NCBI GenBank assembly: GCA_947625185.1
Contig: CANQNJ010000003.1
Span: 1-63,923, forward strand
Length of the DNA stretch: 63,923 bases
Source: an uncultured Clostridia bacterium
Lineage (GTDB): Bacteria; Bacillota; Clostridia; Christensenellales; CAG-314
Reading direction: 5' to 3'
Part shown: positions 45,847-55,572 of the stretch, piece by piece
Layout of the letters: each line of letters opens with the position of its first letter
Position numbering within the stretch: position 1 is the first letter of the stretch
Notes under the pieces: generated by a model
Databases searched by the model: none
Seen by the model: the letters and a program-made list of their open reading frames with translations, nothing else
What the model was told of the DNA's origin: nothing
Position numbers and translations under genes: made by a program

Positions 45847-48204
45847 CTACTTTGTTCTGTAATGAAGTTCCAACGCCTTGCCCGCGGGTACGGTCAGGAC
45901 GTCGTTGCCGAGCGTTTTGACCGAGTCGGATTTAATTTGCTTCTTGACAAAGTCCGGCAGATACAGCCGGATATCCGTCTCCTTTTTGCTTTCCAACCTG
46001 ACGGAGAGCGTTTTTTTGTCGCAATCGTATGACGCGCTTACCGTAACGCCGTTTTCCGCGACGAAGTCCTTGAATTCGGCGCACCCCCAACACTTGGGCA
46101 AAGCGGGAAAGACAGCAATCATATCCCCCTTGGAATACATCAGCATTTGCTGTACGGCGTGAGCGAATACCATATTGACGTTGAGTTGGACGGGCGTCCA
46201 GACGCCGCTGCCGCATATGCCCATACCGCGCCAATCCTTGTCGAGGAAGGCGAGATTGTTGATAATACAACCCCTTACCGCGTTGGTAAGACAGTTGTTG
46301 GCTTTGTCGCTTTCGCCGAGACGGGCGTAAACCGCCGCAAGCACCGTCATATTGTAACTGTTTTGCCGAGCCGTCTCGCTGCGTTTCTTATCCGCGGTGG
46401 CTATGTAATGACTCTTTACTTCCGGGTCGGAAAGGAAATCTATTTCCTCACCGAAATACGCCGGATACAGCGTTCCGTCGGATATGCCCGTGTAGTCTAC
46501 CGAAATGAGCGAGTTGACAAACTCTCTGAACGTCCCGTCGCTGGCGCATTGTCTGTCGGGAAATTGCTCCGACAAACTTTGCCATACGGCAAGACGTCCC
46601 TTGACATTATTGGTCTTGCAGGCTTCCACCAGATTGGCAAGCAGATCCTTGGCAAGGGACAGATCCAGCGCGCTGTTCTTGGCGACGAGCGGACGGTCGG
46701 TTATGGAATACTCGTCGTCGATACGCATAGGCAATGCCGACGGGCTGATCTCCGCCGATCCGTTATTTACCGTCAGAAAATCTTCGTAAAACTGCGCCGT
46801 TTCCTTCATAAACGGTATAAGGCGATTTTTGAGGAACTTGACGTTGCCGCTGTACTTGGCGTATTTATAGTACAGATTTGCCACCCAGGCGGCGCACCCC
46901 GAGAAATGTATCGCAAATACGTCGGTACTGCCCAATCTGCCCGTATTGGGCGCCGCGATGACGGGAACGGCAATGCCGCGACAGCCGAATATACGCTGAG
47001 CGTTGTTGCGGTAATCGCCAATGTTGTTCCAGAAATATTCAAACGACTGCTCGAAATTGCCGAACATATTGCCTTGCAGCATATGCAGCATACTCATCTG
47101 CTGCGGACCGCTCATACACTTAAAGGCGCGATAAGGCTTGTAACAACCGTTCCACAGTCCGCACGGCTCGAACAAGCCGTCGTCGGGAGTGCCTGCCACC
47201 GTAAGATAACGCGCGTATCGCCACAGCTTGGTTATCAGTTGCGGATGCAATACGCCGTTGTCCGACTGCAACAGCATATCTTCTATGCTTGCGCCGTCGT
47301 TTTTGCCTATGTTAAGCTCCGCCGTGGCATACAATCTGGAATGTAACGCCGTATGCGCTTTGAGCATCTTCTCATAGCCGTCTTTGTATGTGAGCAAACG
47401 CGCTTTGAGATTGCTCCACTCCCTTTCGCGGGAGCTGCCCTGAAATGTCTTTATGAGTATCAATACCGACTGCGCGTGCAGAACGTCCACATGGTCTGCT
47501 TCCGCGCGCACGCTTCCGCCGAGGACATGCAGCCGCGCCACCGCGCCGAAATCGGTTCCGTTGTCGTCGTTGCGCGCCGCAAAGCACATATTCTGCCTGT
47601 CGTACGCGACGGATACGCCCTCGGGCATATCGCACAAGCCTTCGTATGTGTGAGAATTGACTCTGTGCATAAGCTGAAAGCTCAACCGTACGCTGATGGT
47701 TCCGTTGCCCTGCTTGGTAATGCGGTAGGCGACGAGATTGTCCGCGCGCGACACAAAAGCGCACCGCTTGTAACGCGTGTCGGCTACGGTATAGGTAACG
47801 GTCGCTTCTCCCTTTGCCATATCCAAAGAGCGCTCGAAGCGGTCGGTAACGTCGGTCTGGTCGAATATCAGGTTCAATTCGCACAGCGGCAGCGGATATG
47901 CCGCCTGCGGACGGAAGCTCTTTTGCCTGAGCGCGGTAGGAATGACGTTTTGCGCGCCGATGAAGTCTCCTTCCTCGATACGGCGCTTGGTCTCTTCTAT
48001 TCTGTCGGATACGTCGGGTACCACAGTCGTACGACCGCGCCAACTGAGAGACGCGTCGTTAAGCAGTATTTTTTCTTCCGAAGCGCCTCCGTAAACGTTT
48101 GCGCCTATTTTGCCATTGCCGAGGAACAAGCCCTCGCGCCATTTCTCACCCCACCAACGGGCAGGCGTGCTGAATTTCAAAATGTCGGCAAATTTATCTG
48201 CCAT
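45847..48204 (-). CDS. Glycoside hydrolase, GH95-like (alpha-L-fucosidase family)
   Basis: The N-terminus W.EGLFLGNGKIGANVYGG..EEKILLND.SLW matches the GH95 N-domain signature and the protein is about 785 aa. ATG 48204 is preceded by AGGGGG. The track start at 48330 lies upstream of the promoter. Confidence 0.65.
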   Translation of the reverse strand: MADKFADILKFSTPARWWGEKWREGLFLGNGKIGANVYGGASEEKILLNDASLSWRGRTTVVPDVSDRIEETKRRIEEGDFIGAQNVIPTALRQKSFRPQAAYPLPLCELNLIFDQTDVTDRFERSLDMAKGEATVTYTVADTRYKRCAFVSRADNLVAYRITKQGNGTISVRLSFQLMHRVNSHTYEGLCDMPEGVSVAYDRQNMCFAARNDDNGTDFGAVARLHVLGGSVRAEADHVDVLHAQSVLILIKTFQGSSREREWSNLKARLLTYKDGYEKMLKAHTALHSRLYATAELNIGKNDGASIEDMLLQSDNGVLHPQLITKLWRYARYLTVAGTPDDGLFEPCGLWNGCYKPYRAFKCMSGPQQMSMLHMLQGNMFGNFEQSFEYFWNNIGDYRNNAQRIFGCRGIAVPVIAAPNTGRLGSTDVFAIHFSGCAAWVANLYYKYAKYSGNVKFLKNRLIPFMKETAQFYEDFLTVNNGSAEISPSALPMRIDDEYSITDRPLVAKNSALDLSLAKDLLANLVEACKTNNVKGRLAVWQSLSEQFPDRQCASDGTFREFVNSLISVDYTGISDGTLYPAYFGEEIDFLSDPEVKSHYIATADKKRSETARQNSYNMTVLAAVYARLGESDKANNCLTNAVRGCIINNLAFLDKDWRGMGICGSGVWTPVQLNVNMVFAHAVQQMLMYSKGDMIAVFPALPKCWGCAEFKDFVAENGVTVSASYDCDKKTLSVRLESKKETDIRLYLPDFVKKQIKSDSVKTLGNDVLTVPAGKALELHYRTK

Positions 48205-48241
48205 ATCCGCCCCCTGAAAGTGCATAATACTACAATTTATT

Positions 48242-48270
48242 ATTATAATCAAACTTGGCTTAAATGTCAA
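48242..48270 (-). promoter_or_regulatory. Consensus sigma-A promoter of the GH95-like gene
   Basis: The minus strand reads TTGACA (48270-48265), a 17-nt spacer, then TATAAT (48247-48242). Confidence 0.7.
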
Positions 48271-48315
48271 TGTCGGACGAACAACTTTTGACGAGGATTG
48301 CATACGTCGGGCAAC

Positions 48316-48340
48316 AAAAAAGGACTGCACGAGCAGTCCT
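48316..48340 (-). terminator. Rho-independent terminator after the S51 peptidase gene
   Basis: On the minus strand AGGACTGC-tcgt-GCAGTCCT is followed by TTTTTTG. Confidence 0.8.
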
Positions 48341-48369
48341 GTCGCAACTCGACGCGGGTCGCCGACGTA

Positions 48370-49032
48370 TTATCGCTTTACGCAGTCCACTCTGCCCATA
48401 GCCGTCACCTTGCCGTCCGCAACGAGCAGACCGCCCTCGTGCCACATTTTGTAAACAGGCAAGCCGTGTTCTCGCGCGGCGCGCAGCGCGCAACGGTTCT
48501 GCAACTCGGTATCGAGATAATGAACTTCCAGATCCAATCCCTTGACAAGTCCCAAGCCTTGCCACAGTCCGTACGCGTCGTAATCGTCGTCCGGCGTTAT
48601 GTGATATGTCTCCAATTGAAGCATAGCGCCTGCGGACGCGCCTGCCACTATGCCGTCGAAACGCAATACCGCTTCCGTCAAGCCCAACTCTTCCAGACGC
48701 GCCAAGGCCTTCTCCGGCATTCCTCCCGTAAAGAACAACATTTCGGCGTTCCGTATCTGCCCGAGGTGATCCGTTTCGTCGTACGGATTGAGCCACTCGA
48801 TATCCTCTTGACGATAACCGTATGAGAGGAACGGGCTTACGATATTGTCGTATTTCTCGCCGCCGCAGCCGTAAATTTTCAGCCAGGAGGCGTTATCCGT
48901 CGCTTGGATCTCGCGGTACGCCAGGGGCAAAATGAGTACATGGGGTCTGTTTTTCAAATATTCCGCAAGATACGGTCGCGCCCAATCGCCGTCGAAATTG
49001 TAGTAATTGACAAGTATGTTGATCTGCGACAT
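48370..49032 (-). CDS. Peptidase E-like (S51) / type 1 glutamine amidotransferase-like protein
   Basis: FFTGG...L, a GASAGA nucleophile motif, and a later His-containing block. Confidence 0.6.
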   Translation of the reverse strand: MSQINILVNYYNFDGDWARPYLAEYLKNRPHVLILPLAYREIQATDNASWLKIYGCGGEKYDNIVSPFLSYGYRQEDIEWLNPYDETDHLGQIRNAEMLFFTGGMPEKALARLEELGLTEAVLRFDGIVAGASAGAMLQLETYHITPDDDYDAYGLWQGLGLVKGLDLEVHYLDTELQNRCALRAAREHGLPVYKMWHEGGLLVADGKVTAMGRVDCVKR

Positions 49033-50345
49033 CAGTACAGTTCCACTCCGTCCTTGCCCACATAGGCGTAAGCTATCTTGTGTTCGGCGGGCTTGTCGTT
49101 GCCTATCGTAATGGCGTTACTGATAAGTTCTTCAGCTTCTTGCAGACCCTTGCCGTTGTGGAACACTTCGCACAGAACGTCGCCCTTCTTCACCTCGGAG
49201 CCTATCGCAACGTGCATTATTACGCCCACGGAGAAGTCGATCGCGTCGCTCTTGGTCATACGTCCGCCGCCGAGATGCGTGACGGCTCTGCCTATATCGG
49301 CGGCAACCATATGGGTCACATACCCGTCCGATTGCGCAACTACGACGTCGCGCTTGCCTATGACGAATTTTTCGGGGTGCAGGATATAACTCGGATCGCC
49401 GTGTTGAGCCTCTACCATTTCCGCAAATTTATTCAAAGCTCTGCCGCTGTCTATCGCATTGTCGAAGGCGGCTTCGGCTGTGGCAAGCGTGTACTTGCCC
49501 GTCAACGCCAACAGTCTCAGCGCCACTTCGCGAATTTCATAATACAGACGGTTCTTCTTGCCTTTAAGCACGTCCACAATGCCTATTATCTCCAAGCTGT
49601 TGCCGACGTGATCCGAAAGAGGTTGCTGCATATCGGTGATCAACGCGCCAATCCTCTTGCCGGCGATCGTCCCGATAGTTACCATTTTTGTCGCAAGTTC
49701 CAATGCGCTTTCCGGGTCGGGCATAAATGCACCGCTGCCGTACTTGACGTCCAACAATATCGTATCCGAACCGCTTGCAAGCTTCTTGCTCATTATGCTT
49801 GCGCAGATGAGAGGTATGGAATTGACCGTCCCCGTCACATCGCGTAACGCGTATATTTTCTTATCGGCGGGGGCAAGATTGGCGGTCTGACCGATAACGG
49901 CGCAACCGACGCGTTTGACCGCGTCAAAGAACTCCTCTTCCGATAGCGCCGTATCGAAGCCGGGGATACTCTCCAACTTGTCTATCGTGCCGCCCGTAAA
50001 GCCCAAGCCTCTGCCGCTCATCTTGGCGACATATACACCGCAGCAAGCCAATATGGGCGCAAGAGCAAGCGTCGTGCTGTCTCCTATGCCGCCCGTAGAG
50101 TGCTTGTCTACCACAATGCCGCCCAAAGCCGACATATCCACCACGTCGCCGCTATGCAGCATTGCGTCCGTCATATCGAAGGTTTCTCTGTCGGTCATAC
50201 CGTTCAGAAGTATTGCCATAAGCAACGCCGACATCTGATAATCGGGTATGCTGCCGTCGGTAAAACCGTTGACAAAAAATCGTATCTCCTCTCGGGTCAA
50301 TTCCTGCTTGGTCTTTTTCTTTTCGATAATATCCAATATCGTCAT
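49032..50345 (-). CDS. pdp: Pyrimidine-nucleoside phosphorylase
   Basis: KHSTGG(I)GD, SGRGLGFTGGT.DKLESIPGF. Confidence 0.9.
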   Translation of the reverse strand: MTILDIIEKKKTKQELTREEIRFFVNGFTDGSIPDYQMSALLMAILLNGMTDRETFDMTDAMLHSGDVVDMSALGGIVVDKHSTGGIGDSTTLALAPILACCGVYVAKMSGRGLGFTGGTIDKLESIPGFDTALSEEEFFDAVKRVGCAVIGQTANLAPADKKIYALRDVTGTVNSIPLICASIMSKKLASGSDTILLDVKYGSGAFMPDPESALELATKMVTIGTIAGKRIGALITDMQQPLSDHVGNSLEIIGIVDVLKGKKNRLYYEIREVALRLLALTGKYTLATAEAAFDNAIDSGRALNKFAEMVEAQHGDPSYILHPEKFVIGKRDVVVAQSDGYVTHMVAADIGRAVTHLGGGRMTKSDAIDFSVGVIMHVAIGSEVKKGDVLCEVFHNGKGLQEAEELISNAITIGNDKPAEHKIAYAYVGKDGVELY

Positions 50346-50516
50346 AGATTATCTCCTTGTGCGCACATTTCTCTTTATACAGTATATCATATTTTTTACT
50401 TGCATTCAATAGCAATAATATAATTTAAGCCAAAAAACGCCGCAAAAGGGTGTATTTCATAGGGAATCGAAAAAAACAAAATTTTTTATCGGAATACACC
50501 TTCAAGCGAGTCAAAT

Positions 50517-50549
50517 AAAGAGGTCGAGGATTTTACTCTCGACTTCTTT
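50517..50549 (-). terminator. Hairpin downstream of rhuM: possible operon terminator and island edge
   Basis: AAAGAGGTCGAG (50517-50528) pairs with CTCGACTTCTTT (50538-50549) with one G-T pair. An imperfect inverted repeat GGTGTATTTC/GGAATACACC lies at 50449-50458 and 50491-50500 just beside it. Confidence 0.45.
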
Positions 50550-50599
50550 ATTTATATTTGTGGCGATATTATATAGCCGATTTATCTTGATGTCCGAAA

Positions 50600-51598
50600 C
50601 TACTTCTTGTCTTTTTTTGAAAGTTCTTCAATACAATCAAGATATGCTTTTTCTACATCGCTTAAAGTTTTTGCTTGATATTTTTTGTATTCTCTTTTTG
50701 CTTTGTCAATTGCCTGCTCGTGCGTGACGGTGCCTGCACCAAGCAAGAGTTGTTCACCGCTCATTGTGAGGATTCTATCAAGATGGTCTGCCCAATCCGC
50801 CATAGTCATGGGTTGTTCGCGCTCGGCTTGCCGCTCGGCAAAATCAAGATATCCTGAAACAATTTGACCAAGCGAGCGCAATTCCTTTTCGCTGAGATAG
50901 TTTTTTGCCACCGTCACATCGCTCAAATGAGGCCTATCTCCCTTGAATGTTGTTAGTCCCATAAAATCTTTTTCGGCATCTGCGCGAGAATAAATCACCT
51001 CAGCCGCAGTATGACCGTGTACGGCATAATGAATTTTGTTTTGAACCTTTTTGAAGAACTCAACCGAAATCTCAGCATTCGGATCATAGTCTATACTTGT
51101 GGCATAGATGTCAAGTATTTGGCGATAGAATACTTTCTCCGAGGCACGAATATCGCGGATTCGCTCTAACAATTCTTTGAAATATCCGCCACCACCAAGT
51201 TCTTTCAGTCGGTCGTCATCAAGTGTAAACCCTTTGCGGATATATTCATTGAGTCGTTTTGTCGCCCACTGACGGAATTGCGTTCCGCGCAAAGATTTCA
51301 CACGATATCCGACCGAAATTATCACGTCAAGGTTGTAATAGTCCACCCGATATGTTTTGCCGTCCGAAGCAGTTGTTGCAAAATTTGCAACAACTGCCCC
51401 GCGATCAAGCTCGCCTTCTTCAAAAATATTCTTGATATGGCGGGAAATCGTAGATTTATCTCTGTCAAACAGCATCGCCATTTGGTCAAGTGTAAGCCAC
51501 ACCGTTTCCCCGTGAAACAATACATCAACCGCCACATTATTATCTTCGGTCTTGAAAATTATAAAATGTTGATTGCCATCGAACGAATTCTTATCCAT
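50600..51598 (-). CDS. rhuM: RhuM-family protein
   Basis: EKVFYRQILDIYATSIDYD..FFKKVQNKIHYAVHGHTAAEVIYSRAD..VAKNYL...EL..L..IVS.YLDFAE.QA matches the RhuM family as I remember it. It starts 13 nt after the hsdR stop. Confidence 0.8.
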   Translation of the reverse strand: MDKNSFDGNQHFIIFKTEDNNVAVDVLFHGETVWLTLDQMAMLFDRDKSTISRHIKNIFEEGELDRGAVVANFATTASDGKTYRVDYYNLDVIISVGYRVKSLRGTQFRQWATKRLNEYIRKGFTLDDDRLKELGGGGYFKELLERIRDIRASEKVFYRQILDIYATSIDYDPNAEISVEFFKKVQNKIHYAVHGHTAAEVIYSRADAEKDFMGLTTFKGDRPHLSDVTVAKNYLSEKELRSLGQIVSGYLDFAERQAEREQPMTMADWADHLDRILTMSGEQLLLGAGTVTHEQAIDKAKREYKKYQAKTLSDVEKAYLDCIEELSKKDKK

Positions 51599-51611
51599 AA
51601 TTTTTCCTCCC

Positions 51612-54587
51612 TCAATCGCCTTTTCTCAATTCTTTATAGATCTCACTTGCAAAAATTCCCAATACTTCCCTCTTGATCTCGTCGTTATTCAAAAGCAAGG
51701 AGAAGAAATCTTGATTTTGAGCGAGGCCTTCAATCAGCGCGTCGTCTATATCGTCGAAATAAGTAAATTCAAAGTCCTTTTCGGAATTGTTCCTCGCGCT
51801 TGTACGCAGCTTGTCGGACTTCAAAAGCAGATCTCTGATCTGCAACATTGCTTTGATCACCACGTCGCTATCATACGATTTGCCCGTTCTGCTATTGATC
51901 TCCGCAATTATAACAGACAGCCTCTCTTGCTTATCTTCCGGCAAAGTTATGGTATCTGCCATGGGCAATTTTATCACAGGATCGGAATGGAGTTTTTCTT
52001 TCACGTGAGTTTCACCCTTCTTCTGTACGAATTGAGAGGCTTTTATTTTGCCATCCAAATTGTAGCCGCCGCCCGGCTGTTTTATATCGATGTACGAAAG
52101 CAAATATGACACAAACAAATACTTCTTGTGCAGTTCGACGTCCTCAAAGCAAGACACTTGAATTAGAAACTCATAAAACCTCACAAAATGACGCATGACG
52201 GCAACTATTTCAAGTTGTTTCGACACATCGCCGGATTGCTCCAAACGAGCCTGCGCGCGCTTAAAATAGTACGTCAACTTTTGTTTGTCCCGCGGCGTCA
52301 CCTCTTTATACAAGAGTGCAACGGCGCAGTCGATATCCGATGGATCAAGGATATAATATCCATCGAGTTTCGCCTCCAAATCATAAACAGCCGTAGGCGT
52401 TACGGAATTGGCAAGCAGCGTCGTGGTGTAATATGGCTTGAACGCATCCACAATCTCGTCATATGTATTGACAAAATCAAGCACGAAGGTCTTTTTGTCA
52501 AATGGCGGGCAGATGCGATTCAAGCGAGAGAGCGTTTGCACGGCATTGACGCCGCGCAATTTTTTGAGGACATACATGGCGCACAGCTTTGGCTGGTCGA
52601 AACCCGTTTGATATTTGTTTGCAACAAGCAAGACTTTGTTCTCATCCTTTTCAAACTCTCGCGGGAGCCGTTCTTCCGAAAACCCGTTGATAAAACCTTC
52701 CGTATACTCGGTCTCTTCATCGGGGAGCTTAACCTTTCCCGAAAATGCCACAAGGGATCTGATGTCGGTATATCCTTTCTTTTCAATATATTCTTCAAAT
52801 GCGCGATGATATTTTACAGCGCCTGCGCGGGAAGCGGTGATAACCATTGCTTTCGCCATGCCGCCGAGTTCGGGCATAACCGTGGTGCGAAAGTGTTCGA
52901 TGATCACTTCGATACGTTGCGCAATATTGGTTTCGTGCAATTCCACAAAACGAGCGATCTGCCGTTTCGCTTCAACCGTTTTGCACCGAGGATCTTCTTC
53001 GATTTCTTTGTTGATTTGATAATAGGTTTTATATTCGGTGAAATTTTGCAAAACGTCGAGAATAAAGCCTTCTTCAATTGCCTGTTTCATCGAATAGATA
53101 TGGAACGCTTGCTTTTGGCCCTTTGGATTTTGTCTGCCGAAAAGTTCCAGAGTCGTCGCTTTGGGCGTTGCGGTAAATGCAAATATGGATATATTGGGCT
53201 GTTTCCCATTGCGTGCGATCTCGTCTACTATCAAATCTTCCGCGTCAATCGCGTCGACGTCCACATCTCCCTTTCCCAACGCCATTGTGATTGCCGCCAT
53301 ATCTTTGCCTGCCGTTGAGGAATGGGCCTCGTCAATGATAACCGCAAAGGTTTTGTTTTTTAATCCCGCAACCGTATCAACGATATACGGGAACTTTTGA
53401 ATTGTCGTAGCAATGATTTTTGTATTGCCTGTCAGAGCGATCGCAAGATCGGCGGATGTGCATTTGTCGTCCATAACGCGGATAAGTCCCGTCTTATGTT
53501 CCATGCCGAGGATAGCCGCTTGCAGTTGCCTGTCCACAACAACTCTGTCCGTGACGATGACTATGTTGTCAAAGATTATCTTATCATCGCTGTCATGCAA
53601 AGACGCCAGGCGATGAGCAAGCCATGCGATAGAATTGGTTTTGCCCGAGCCTGCGCTGTGCTGGATAAGATAATTTTGCGAGGTTTTATTTGCTTTCACA
53701 TCGGCAAGCAGACGACGAATGACGTCAAGTTGATGATATCTTGGAAAAATGATATTTTCTTTCACCTTCTTTTTGCCTGTCAACTCATCTGTTTCCTCTT
53801 TTATTTCGATGAACATAAACTTTGTGATAAGCTCAACAAGCATATCCTTTTTCAAAATGTCCGCCCACATATAATAGACGCTGTATTTGTCATCATATGC
53901 GGGATTGCCCTTGCCTGCGTCTATGCCCTCGCCGCTGCCCATATTGAATGGCAAAAAGAAGGTGTCTTCGCCATTCAATTTTGTCGTCATATAAACTTCG
54001 TTGAGATCCATGGCAAAGTTGACAAGGCACCCCGCCTTAAAACGGAACAGCCGCGTTTTCGGGTTGCGTTGAGTGCGATATTGATAGATCGCGTCCATAT
54101 AGGATTGTCCCGCAAAGTTGCATTTAAGCTCAAATGAAATGACGGCAAGTCCGTTGATGAACACAACAAGATCGACGCGCTCATCATCGCTCGCCCACAC
54201 CTCCTCCATGACAGAAAAGATGTTCTTATTGTATTTTGCGAGCAAATCGGCATTGAATGTCGTGGCAGGTTTGGTATAGAGCAGATCCAGTTTGTAATTT
54301 GCGATCTCTACGCCGTGCTTGAGGACGGACAAAAGGCTTCCCCGCGCTTTTGTGATCTCCGCATTGAGAAAGTTGATGATGGTCTCTTCTGCCTTGTCCT
54401 TGAATATCTTGACAAGCGCCGCCATTGTATCGGGCTGGGTGTCGTTGAGAAACCGAAACAGCATTTCGCGGTCAATGGCAAACGCGCGGTCGAAATGCGC
54501 CGCCTTGCGTTCGATATAGCCGTTTTCTGTCACAAGCCTTTCAATGATATATTTTTGATATTCTTTTTCGGACACGATATTGTTCAT
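51612..54587 (-). CDS. hsdR: Type I restriction enzyme, R subunit
   Basis: 991 aa with an N-terminal nuclease region, helicase motif I HSAGSGKT and motif II VIIDEAHSS, and later SF2 motifs. Confidence 0.9.
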   Translation of the reverse strand: MNNIVSEKEYQKYIIERLVTENGYIERKAAHFDRAFAIDREMLFRFLNDTQPDTMAALVKIFKDKAEETIINFLNAEITKARGSLLSVLKHGVEIANYKLDLLYTKPATTFNADLLAKYNKNIFSVMEEVWASDDERVDLVVFINGLAVISFELKCNFAGQSYMDAIYQYRTQRNPKTRLFRFKAGCLVNFAMDLNEVYMTTKLNGEDTFFLPFNMGSGEGIDAGKGNPAYDDKYSVYYMWADILKKDMLVELITKFMFIEIKEETDELTGKKKVKENIIFPRYHQLDVIRRLLADVKANKTSQNYLIQHSAGSGKTNSIAWLAHRLASLHDSDDKIIFDNIVIVTDRVVVDRQLQAAILGMEHKTGLIRVMDDKCTSADLAIALTGNTKIIATTIQKFPYIVDTVAGLKNKTFAVIIDEAHSSTAGKDMAAITMALGKGDVDVDAIDAEDLIVDEIARNGKQPNISIFAFTATPKATTLELFGRQNPKGQKQAFHIYSMKQAIEEGFILDVLQNFTEYKTYYQINKEIEEDPRCKTVEAKRQIARFVELHETNIAQRIEVIIEHFRTTVMPELGGMAKAMVITASRAGAVKYHRAFEEYIEKKGYTDIRSLVAFSGKVKLPDEETEYTEGFINGFSEERLPREFEKDENKVLLVANKYQTGFDQPKLCAMYVLKKLRGVNAVQTLSRLNRICPPFDKKTFVLDFVNTYDEIVDAFKPYYTTTLLANSVTPTAVYDLEAKLDGYYILDPSDIDCAVALLYKEVTPRDKQKLTYYFKRAQARLEQSGDVSKQLEIVAVMRHFVRFYEFLIQVSCFEDVELHKKYLFVSYLLSYIDIKQPGGGYNLDGKIKASQFVQKKGETHVKEKLHSDPVIKLPMADTITLPEDKQERLSVIIAEINSRTGKSYDSDVVIKAMLQIRDLLLKSDKLRTSARNNSEKDFEFTYFDDIDDALIEGLAQNQDFFSLLLNNDEIKREVLGIFASEIYKELRKGD

Positions 54588-54590
54588 AAG

Positions 54591-55571
54591 TCACCTCACA
54601 TAGGATCTAATTCTCTTGATTAAACGCTCGGCAAACATTAGAGCAATTTCATCTGTCGATTGCCCTTGCGAACTAATGTATTGGATTTCCGCAATTTCAG
54701 GATATTTTTCTTCTAATTGACTCATCGTAACATTATGTAAAATTGGAAGAATAATTCTCTGCCCATCGCTATTTTGTCGTGCCAATAGTTCATAAAGTTC
54801 TCGCTCAGTCCATTCACGCCCAAAAAAGTTCTCGGAAATAACAATGATTGCAAATTCAGTTTTTTGCACGCCTTCTAAAATTTTCTCTTTCCAATGATCT
54901 CCCCATTTAAGCGTGTCTTTATCATAGAAAATGGATATACCAAGCCTATCAAGCGATTTTTTCAATTCATCGACATAATCTATCTTATCTTTATTTGCAT
55001 GGGACAAAAACAAATCGTATTCTACAAATGGTTCTATTGCACTATGTTCTACTTGTTTACCTCGTTGATTCTCATCAAAATAATGAATCCCCTCATAAGT
55101 TATAATAAAACTTACATGGTTTCGTCCAACTGATTTTAGCTTTTCGATCAAACCTTCATTCTGCAATTTCTTAAATGTTTCAATGCCAAAAGGTGCTAGC
55201 GGATAAGACAAAACCAGCGGGTCACTACAATCAACTTTGCTTAAAAGCACACTTAACAACTCTTCATATTCTTTAAGACTATCAGACACTCCATGCTCAA
55301 GCCAAAACTCATTGTCCTTTTTTATACTACGCAAACATGCTACAAGTGAACTTATTGTATCCTTCTCCCTATGCGCAATAATTTCTTGTATTCTTTTATA
55401 CAAAGGATGTGATACCAAATATTTATGGCTATAAATATCAACATCGTTTATCCATTCGTCCAATGTTGTTTTGCCCTCTACAGAGAGAAAATAGTTAGCA
55501 TTGGTATTGACAATAGCCTTAAACTTCCTTTCACGTTGAAGTAGTTCGTCAATCTGTATTCTTTGAGACAT
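54591..55571 (-). CDS. TIR-domain protein with an uncharacterised ~185-aa N-terminal domain, embedded between hsdS and hsdR
   Basis: The C-terminal ~135 aa are YDLFLSHANKDK..VDELKKSLDRLGISIFYDKDTLKWGD......I..G......AIIVISENFFGREWTERELYELL...ILPILH, a TIR_2-type pattern that includes W-x3-E (the Glu codon is at 54798-54800). RBS AGGAGG lies 9 nt upstream of ATG 55571, and the ATG lies 1 nt after the hsdS stop. The stop lies 3 nt before the hsdR ATG. Confidence 0.8.
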   Translation of the reverse strand: MSQRIQIDELLQRERKFKAIVNTNANYFLSVEGKTTLDEWINDVDIYSHKYLVSHPLYKRIQEIIAHREKDTISSLVACLRSIKKDNEFWLEHGVSDSLKEYEELLSVLLSKVDCSDPLVLSYPLAPFGIETFKKLQNEGLIEKLKSVGRNHVSFIITYEGIHYFDENQRGKQVEHSAIEPFVEYDLFLSHANKDKIDYVDELKKSLDRLGISIFYDKDTLKWGDHWKEKILEGVQKTEFAIIVISENFFGREWTERELYELLARQNSDGQRIILPILHNVTMSQLEEKYPEIAEIQYISSQGQSTDEIALMFAERLIKRIRSYVR

Positions 55572-55572
55572 T

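Noticed and set aside
41815-48291. Plus-strand ORFs 41815..43446, 43490..44155, 44767..46032, 46147..47346 and 47353..48291
   Set aside because: They are antisense to ClC, HAD, nrdR/purC and the GH95-like gene. The compositions are typical of shadow ORFs.
52188-54137. Plus-strand ORFs 52188..53318 and 53397..54137 in the island
   Set aside because: They are antisense to hsdR, which carries clear helicase motifs.
54591-55571. Canonical Thoeris, CBASS or SPARTA assignment for the TIR gene
   Set aside because: No ThsA (SIR2/SLOG), cyclase or short Argonaute gene lies anywhere in the island.
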